Positions 58,534 to 64,000 of a DNA stretch of 64,000 bases are shown piece by piece. This stretch comes from a virus. Each line of letters begins with the position of its first letter. Positions within the stretch are counted from its first letter, which is position 1. Location of the stretch: IMG/VR virus record IMGVR_UViG_3300033064_003894, positions 32,001-96,000 of that record; one strand, written 5' to 3'. The notes under the pieces were generated by a model. The model had not been told where the DNA came from and made no database searches. It worked only from the letters and a program-made list of their open reading frames with translations. A program made the position numbers and the translations under genes.

Positions 58534-59056
58534 TAGTTTCCACCCGTTTATTTTTTACTTTGTGAGGTTGCGTTCTTGTGTTCCAAAACACAGAACCGTC
58601 ATTTTTCCCATATCCAGTGTCAGGCTCAGTCTCTTTAGTTTTTACAACTCTAAGACACTGGCTTATTAGTTTTCCATATTGTTTATTTTTAGATGTCTGC
58701 GGAAGATCCCACATTACTGAGGACATAAAAGACCGAACAGCCTCTACTAGTCCATCAACGGGATCCATTCTTTGAATCTTATACCTTAAATTCCTGAAGT
58801 GTTTACACGACTTACATATGTTTCCTCTTCCAGATCTATTTTTTGTCTGAATGCTCATCATGAACGGTGGGAAAAATTCTAAACAATCCGAACACTGTAT
58901 CAACATAAGCTCTGATGCTATATCTATAGGTCCTCCACCCTTCCCTATTTCTAAGATTACATCTTTTGCTACCTGAGTATCTTTTCCGCTCTTTGCATAG
59001 TAAATAATAGCAGTTATTATATTAGATAACTGTTCTTGAGTAAGTACATTTTTCAT
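58490..59056 (-). CDS. Hypothetical zinc-finger protein
   Basis: CSDC..F..CKSC motif. Confidence 0.55.
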   Translation of the reverse strand: MKNVLTQEQLSNIITAIIYYAKSGKDTQVAKDVILEIGKGGGPIDIASELMLIQCSDCLEFFPPFMMSIQTKNRSGRGNICKSCKHFRNLRYKIQRMDPVDGLVEAVRSFMSSVMWDLPQTSKNKQYGKLISQCLRVVKTKETEPDTGYGKNDGSVFWNTRTQPHKVKNKRVETNGKNHTRASKENTK

Positions 59057-59505
59057 TATACTCCAGTAGACCCAAGACCTCCGGCTCCCCTATCTGTGAC
59101 ATCTTCAAAGTATTCATTTCTTGTTACGTATTCAATATCGGCAATAGTAACCTTCTGTATCGTTAGCTGAGCGACACGTTCACCTTGAGATAGGTTAATA
59201 TCCATATTACCAACGTTAGCGAGAATAAGTTTAATCTCACCACGGTAGTCGCTGTCAATTTTCCCAGGAGAATTGGCAATAATAAGCCCTCTAGCAGATT
59301 GACCGCTCTTCATGCTAAGAAGTCCCTCATATCCTTTTGGAATGATAATTCTAATTCCAGTCTCTATAATCTGAACTCTTCTAGGAAGAAGAGTTACAGC
59401 ATTTCTAGACGCAATGTCTATTCCAGAAGATCCGTCAGTGTGGTATTTGGGGTCAGGAAGAAATTGTTCTTCCTTTAGAATCTTAATTGTAACGTTTGCA
59501 GTCAT
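59056..59505 (-). CDS. dut: Trimeric dUTPase
   Basis: SSGID, KSG, GKIDSDYRGEI, RVAQL, RGAGGLGSTG. Confidence 0.95.
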   Translation of the reverse strand: MTANVTIKILKEEQFLPDPKYHTDGSSGIDIASRNAVTLLPRRVQIIETGIRIIIPKGYEGLLSMKSGQSARGLIIANSPGKIDSDYRGEIKLILANVGNMDINLSQGERVAQLTIQKVTIADIEYVTRNEYFEDVTDRGAGGLGSTGV

Positions 59506-59519
59506 TTTTTTAAGTTAAG

Positions 59520-59594
59520 TGGAGCCCCCTCCCAGAATCGAACTGAGCTATCTAGTTTACAAAACTAGGGCATCGCCAACAATGCTTAAGGGGC
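59520..59594 (-). tRNA. tRNA-Thr(UGU)
   Basis: Cloverleaf GCCCCTT..CTAGT-TTTGTAA-ACTAG..TTCGATT..CCA. Confidence 0.92.
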
Positions 59595-59595
59595 G

Positions 59596-59685
59596 TGGCG
59601 GAGGAGGAGGGAGTCGAACCCCCATTACGCTATGACACGTTTAGCCGATTTCAAGTCGGTGTGCTACGCCAGTTGCCGCTCCTCC
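59596..59685 (-). tRNA. tRNA-Ser(UGA)
   Basis: GGAGGAG acceptor, CCGA-CTTGAAA-TCGG, long variable arm, G73-CCA. Confidence 0.9.
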
Positions 59686-59691
59686 GAACCG

Positions 59692-60525
59692 TTATTGTAT
59701 CAAAGTTCCAGACTTTACAACAAAACTTTCTTTTTCTAAAGATATCTTTTTATATGGATCAAATCTTCGTCCCTCTCCAATTGCGTGTATACCTACTGGG
59801 TTATTCGTAAGTAATGTAGTCAGGTGTGCAGTGTCAACAACTTCATGACTGTGACCATATATGCAGACATCAAAATAATTTAACAGTTCTTCGTTTATGT
59901 CTGCACAGAAAAAAGAGTTGAATCTAGAGTCTGGACCAGTTTTATACATATCATGAGTGCATCTGTAAGATGGCAGGAAATGCGACAAAAGAACCTTATG
60001 TTTATAATTACAAACTTCGTGTTTTCTGAACTGATCAATAGAGTTGCAGGCAATTTGGTGAAGCTCTCTAATTGAAGAAGCTCTAAATCTTGCATTCATG
60101 TATTTTATCTGTCTAAAATCCTGAATTCTAGAAACAATATCATACTCTTGAACTGGGTCTTTAAGTCCAGACCATAAGGTGGTTCCAAAAACAACTATGT
60201 TTTTATCAATAGAGCACGAGCTATTATTTAAAATTTTAATCCTTCCTTTATGGTTGGAAGAATTGAATTTCTTAATAATATGGTTAGTAGGCTCTATTCC
60301 TCTTTTGTAGTATTCGTGGTTTCCTGGGACAAAGATAAGCTTCCTGTATTTGTATTTCTTCTGAATGCTCTCTATGTACGGTATGCTTACTTTTATATCA
60401 TTTGAGACGTCTCCGACTACAGCTAAAATGTCGGCAGATTTCTCGATAGAGAAGTCTCGCCGCTTTTTTCCTATAAACTCATTGTAGTCAACGTGAATAT
60501 CAGAGATGTATTGGATGTCAGTCAT
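59692..60525 (-). CDS. Metallophosphoesterase
   Basis: SDIH, GD, GNHE, GTTLWS, SHFLP, GHSH. Start MTDIQY at 60525. Confidence 0.88.
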   Translation of the reverse strand: MTDIQYISDIHVDYNEFIGKKRRDFSIEKSADILAVVGDVSNDIKVSIPYIESIQKKYKYRKLIFVPGNHEYYKRGIEPTNHIIKKFNSSNHKGRIKILNNSSCSIDKNIVVFGTTLWSGLKDPVQEYDIVSRIQDFRQIKYMNARFRASSIRELHQIACNSIDQFRKHEVCNYKHKVLLSHFLPSYRCTHDMYKTGPDSRFNSFFCADINEELLNYFDVCIYGHSHEVVDTAHLTTLLTNNPVGIHAIGEGRRFDPYKKISLEKESFVVKSGTLIQ

Positions 60526-60531
60526 GATTGA

Positions 60532-60608
60532 TGGTAGTGGAGGACGGAGTCGAACCGACACTGTCAGGCTCCTAAAGCCTGTTTCTCTTCCATTTGGAAT
60601 ACTCCACC
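60532..60608 (-). tRNA. tRNA-Leu(UAG), short variable loop
   Basis: CAGGC-TTTAGGA-GCCTG, ACAGT, GTCGG-TTCGACT, A73-CCA. Confidence 0.88.
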
Positions 60609-60652
60609 ATTGCCAGTTGATTAATTATACCAAATTATATACAATCGTTTAG

Positions 60653-61300
60653 ATGAAAGAGTCATTCATACAGATAGGGGCAGGAGCTGGAGATTTAGAC
60701 CCGCGTGCAAATTATAGAGACGGGTTCACTGAAACTGTGAAAGGTATTCCACGAGACAAAATCGATAAAATAATTTTAGTTGAACCAAATCCAATAAATA
60801 TTCCACTTCTGAAAGAGTGCTGGAAAGAGTATCCAGAGGCGGAAATTTATGAGATCGGGATAGTCCCAAAAGAATTTGGAGACAAAAACCTTATACTATA
60901 TTATTGCCCAAGCGACGCCCCTCATTATCAGGTTGCGTCTATAAAAAAGGAGCATGTTAAAAAGCATTATGGAGAGAATTGTACACTAAAGGAATTCACT
61001 ATAAAGACAAGGCACCTTGAAGAGTTCATTTCTGAAGCCGCCGGGTCCGCAAGTATTGGAATATTAGCTCTTGATATAGAAGGAATTGATGCTGAAGTTG
61101 TTCTAGAAATGAAATTTGGGTTCAATTTGAGATATCTATCATTTGAGGACACACACCTTGGAAATGACAAAGAGCGCGTAATTAAGCACTTATGTGATAG
61201 TGGTTTCAGGTATTCTGGCACTGGCCTTGACCACAGAGGGTTAGATTCTTTATATGTTAATGAAAAGTGTGATAAGAAAAATTTGCTTATAATACGATAA
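60653..61300 (+). CDS. FkbM-family methyltransferase
   Basis: FIQIGA, LVEPNP, LALDIEGIDAEV, SFE. Confidence 0.85.
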   Translation: MKESFIQIGAGAGDLDPRANYRDGFTETVKGIPRDKIDKIILVEPNPINIPLLKECWKEYPEAEIYEIGIVPKEFGDKNLILYYCPSDAPHYQVASIKKEHVKKHYGENCTLKEFTIKTRHLEEFISEAAGSASIGILALDIEGIDAEVVLEMKFGFNLRYLSFEDTHLGNDKERVIKHLCDSGFRYSGTGLDHRGLDSLYVNEKCDKKNLLIIR

Positions 61301-61339
61301 ATTTGTGGATTGTTAGTTATTAAATAGTAAACTGCTTCT

Positions 61340-61903
61340 ATGAGGTTCACAAACAACTGGTTTGACTGCAGCGCGAATAATTTTATTAAGTTCCTGTCGC
61401 CACATAAAGGTGAGCCTGGTATTAAATATTTAGAAATAGGGTCTTATGAGGGCAGGAGCGCTCTAAGCATTGCTGATCATATACTTACTGGATTAGGTAG
61501 TGAGATTCATTGCGTAGACACATTTGAAGGTTCAATCGAGCACACAGAAAAACAAAAGGATTCTCTATATGATAGGTTTATGAATAACCTAAAAGGCTCA
61601 GGCATTAAAAACGTTACTGTTCACAAGATGACTAGTAGAGAGTACTGGATGAACAATAATGAGATGTTCGATTTTATATATATAGATGGAGACCACAATT
61701 CGTGTACAGTAATAGAGGACGCAATGTGTGCATGGCAGAGAATAAAGCCAGGAGGCGTAATAGCGTTTCATGATTACGAAGGAGGCGGCGAGCCAATATG
61801 CACACCAAAGCCAGCGATTGATTTCTTTTTGCTGTCACATTATGGCAAGTATGATTTGCTGCTGAAGGGATACCAGGTTTGGGTAAGAAGGAAAATTCTA
61901 TAG
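61340..61903 (+). CDS. Class I SAM methyltransferase (Methyltransf_24-like)
   Basis: LEIGSYEGRS, VDTF, FDFIYIDGDH, KPGGVIAFHDY. Confidence 0.9.
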   Translation: MRFTNNWFDCSANNFIKFLSPHKGEPGIKYLEIGSYEGRSALSIADHILTGLGSEIHCVDTFEGSIEHTEKQKDSLYDRFMNNLKGSGIKNVTVHKMTSREYWMNNNEMFDFIYIDGDHNSCTVIEDAMCAWQRIKPGGVIAFHDYEGGGEPICTPKPAIDFFLLSHYGKYDLLLKGYQVWVRRKIL

Positions 61904-62314
61904 GTCTATAAAGACAACGTCTTTGCCTTGATTAAGGCTAATATTAAGAATCTTGTAAGCTCTATGTCGATTGCGTCTATTTATAAAGACAACAACAGAA
62001 AGGTTAAGTAAAATGGAAGAGAATGGCTCATAATGAGAAGGAGCTGTTGGTGGCCTTATCTTAAAAAGTGTGAAATGTTTGTTGCAGGAGTGTTTTACCA
62101 CAAAAAATCTTAAACTGTAGGCATTTAATAGTTCTTTATATGAACTGGCATAGACAAATATGTCGCACTGTGACATGAGGATTCTGTATGATAAAACCAT
62201 ATTATGGTTTCTTTCTGAACATGCTTCGCCAAGTCCTGTAATAAGACGAATTCCTTTATTACAGACGTTGAAATCATGGAGATATTTTAGTAGAGTGGCA
62301 GTCATTATTTTCAT
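61898..62314 (-). CDS. Hypothetical protein
   Basis: 138-aa ORF. Confidence 0.45.
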   Translation of the reverse strand: MKIMTATLLKYLHDFNVCNKGIRLITGLGEACSERNHNMVLSYRILMSQCDIFVYASSYKELLNAYSLRFFVVKHSCNKHFTLFKIRPPTAPSHYEPFSSILLNLSVVVFINRRNRHRAYKILNISLNQGKDVVFIDL

Positions 62315-62344
62315 TCGAAGTTACGAAAAATAATAGATATATTT

Positions 62345-62932
62345 TTATATAGGCAGACTATTTCTGTATACAGAGTCAGTCGTAAAGTGATCAATGTTTA
62401 CGCAAAGTCTGTTTCTGCACGTAAGGTATATAAATCTGTATTTCTTTCTATTGTCCCACCAGTTAAACTTTTCAGCAACAGCATGACGAACAGGTCCGTT
62501 TCTTATTGCTTTAGCTGTGCAAGATGGAGACCCATGTGTAAGGCTTCCAGTCCAAATAAGACATTTGCCATCTTTCTTTGTATGTCTTTTCATCATATCT
62601 TCGAACGACATAACTTTTAAATGTCGTCCGTCTATCTTTTCTATCTCAAGAGCCTTCTTCTTTTGATAATAAGCCCTATCATTTCTCTTTTTAGCATAGG
62701 ATTCTCTGCACTCAGGACAAAGCCTAAGATTTCTCCTATTAAATGATGCGCTCGTATACTTCTTTTTGCACCCGATTGTTGTACAGTCATGATATGAAAT
62801 AAGTTCAGAACCTTTTTCTTTGTTGTTTGTGCAAACAATACACAAGTCATCTTCTACAATATATCTAGTTAGTCGGCATCCTTCGCAATATCCAATTTTA
62901 AGATCTGGCTTGACTTCAAGTTCTTCGGTCAT
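62345..62932 (-). CDS. Zinc-finger + HNH (Zn-binding loop type) endonuclease-like protein
   Basis: CLIWTGS...TCRNRLCVNIDH; the catalytic His appears to be replaced. Confidence 0.65.
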   Translation of the reverse strand: MTEELEVKPDLKIGYCEGCRLTRYIVEDDLCIVCTNNKEKGSELISYHDCTTIGCKKKYTSASFNRRNLRLCPECRESYAKKRNDRAYYQKKKALEIEKIDGRHLKVMSFEDMMKRHTKKDGKCLIWTGSLTHGSPSCTAKAIRNGPVRHAVAEKFNWWDNRKKYRFIYLTCRNRLCVNIDHFTTDSVYRNSLPI

Positions 62933-62948
62933 GATTTCTTATTGTTGG

Positions 62949-63024
62949 TGGTATGTGGGCCGGGACTCGAACCCGGACTAAGAGATTCAAAATATCTGGT
63001 GCTGACCAATTACACTACTCACAT
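62949..63024 (-). tRNA. tRNA-Gln(UUG), atypical
   Basis: AGATA-TTTTGAA-TCTCT and CCGGG-TTCGAGT-CCCGG, with CCA; one mismatch each in the acceptor and anticodon stems. Confidence 0.75.
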
Positions 63025-63038
63025 TTAGTTTGGTAAGG

Positions 63039-63116
63039 TGGTAGGGGTGGTCGGATTCGAACCGACACTGTACGAATCTTAAGTTCGTTGCCTGCTGCCA
63101 ATTGGGCTACACCCCC
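63039..63116 (-). tRNA. tRNA-Leu(UAA), short variable loop
   Basis: ACGAA-CTTAAGA-TTCGT, ACAGT, GTCGG-TTCGAAT-CCGAC, A73-CCA. Confidence 0.9.
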
Positions 63117-63122
63117 AGTAAA

Positions 63123-63419
63123 CTAAGCCCTCTTCTTTAAACCACTATATGTATCTTTATTTATATATCTAACCATCTCGTTCCAAAGGATAATTCTTAA
63201 TGTTTGATCTCTCATAACGCCTCCAGTCTCAGAATTAGTCCAAGGAGTTTCATCAAATGGTTTAGCAGGTTTACGTATTAATGACCAGTAACGATTAGTA
63301 TAAACTAAATTTTTCATTAATATCCTTTTATATGTTACTTCTACTTCAATTTCGAGTAAAGATGACGTTTCCCCTACAGAAGCCTTAGTTACTTTAGTTA
63401 CTTTATAAGACGTCTTCAT
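63123..63419 (-). CDS. Hypothetical protein
   Basis: 98 aa, ATGA-coupled to NAMPT. Confidence 0.5.
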   Translation of the reverse strand: MKTSYKVTKVTKASVGETSSLLEIEVEVTYKRILMKNLVYTNRYWSLIRKPAKPFDETPWTNSETGGVMRDQTLRIILWNEMVRYINKDTYSGLKKRA

Positions 63420-64000
63420 TGTGCGGATATTTTTCTTATGTCTTCAAAAGACTGATCTACAAGAAGCCTTCCGTTTTGGTAAACAGTAACAAGCTGTGCG
63501 TCCATGTCAGGGATGCCTTCTCTTCCGGTTTGGTATTTTCCTTGAACTTTGTAAAGCTCAAGACGTCCCTTTTTCGAGTTCTTGCTCTGGTCACTATGTG
63601 GGCGCTTGAAGACGTCGAAACCTTTACCATCACGCTCAGTGTAGCTTGCCTTAAAGGCGAACCTTTGAGTGTCACGATCAACCTTTTGAAGAAGTCCACC
63701 ACCCATCCCAAATGACCAGTTCTCAATAGCAAACCCTTTAAGCGTCATCTCTCTAATGAACTCACGTATGCTATCGAAATTCATTCCATCTCCTTGAATA
63801 ATCCTTATGTAAGGAGGAAGCACTTTATGGCCCGTTGGGTTTTTTGTGTACCCAAACTTATTCATGAGAGCTTCTACGATAAAGGTGTTCACTTCAGTGA
63901 TATGTCCGCTGTCAGGTCTAATTACAACACGACCGTCTCTAGCTTTCACTTGCTCAGCGAGCTCACCACACCAGAAGTCAGAAACAGCTTTCTTGATGTC
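63416..64000 (-). CDS. nadV: Nicotinamide phosphoribosyltransferase (C-terminal part; starts outside the window)
   Basis: VVIRPDSG, RIIQGDG, FGMGGGLLQKVDRDTQRFAFKAS, KNSKKGRL. Confidence 0.93.
   Translation of the reverse strand, partial: DIKKAVSDFWCGELAEQVKARDGRVVIRPDSGHITEVNTFIVEALMNKFGYTKNPTGHKVLPPYIRIIQGDGMNFDSIREFIREMTLKGFAIENWSFGMGGGLLQKVDRDTQRFAFKASYTERDGKGFDVFKRPHSDQSKNSKKGRLELYKVQGKYQTGREGIPDMDAQLVTVYQNGRLLVDQSFEDIRKISAQ

Noticed and set aside
59596-59685. Opal suppressor or selenocysteine tRNA
   Set aside because: The anticodon is UGA (reads Ser UCA), not UCA
59595-59810. ORF 59595-59810(+) and the N-terminal extension of 59692-60561
   Set aside because: They overlap tRNA-Ser and tRNA-Leu respectively; the real phosphoesterase start is 60525

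Overview
This window is a fragment of a large, AT-rich tailed bacteriophage genome (jumbo-phage-like, probably contractile-tailed). It is densely coding, switches strand often and uses the standard genetic code. Core phage genes: portal (28511-30295), GpA-type terminase large subunit with a LAGLIDADG intein in Walker A, baseplate spike, several very large tail/virion proteins with carbohydrate-binding and glycoside-hydrolase domains, and a single-polypeptide beta+beta' RNA polymerase (2464 aa) with a non-canonical intein right after the catalytic NADFDGD. Accessory genes: a divergent retron-like reverse transcriptase (YIDN instead of YADD), a MoxR/VWA/Sak4-like module, at least 5 glycosyltransferase-like and 3 methyltransferase genes, a Ser/Thr kinase, dUTPase, NAMPT, RusA, HNH nucleases, two metallophosphoesterases and 5 tRNAs. 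The most unusual signals are non-coding. (i) An ~800-bp intergenic region upstream of the RNAP gene is packed with about 30 different, often overlapping palindromes, like a natural polylinker, plus many stem-loops. (ii) A promoter-driven structured RNA candidate at ~30850-31200 contains a perfect 10-bp long-range inverted repeat. (iii) Two stand-alone small-membrane-protein cassettes share a promoter/leader motif, SD and terminator, whereas many other genes look leaderless. All protein calls come from motif recognition by eye; no searches were run.
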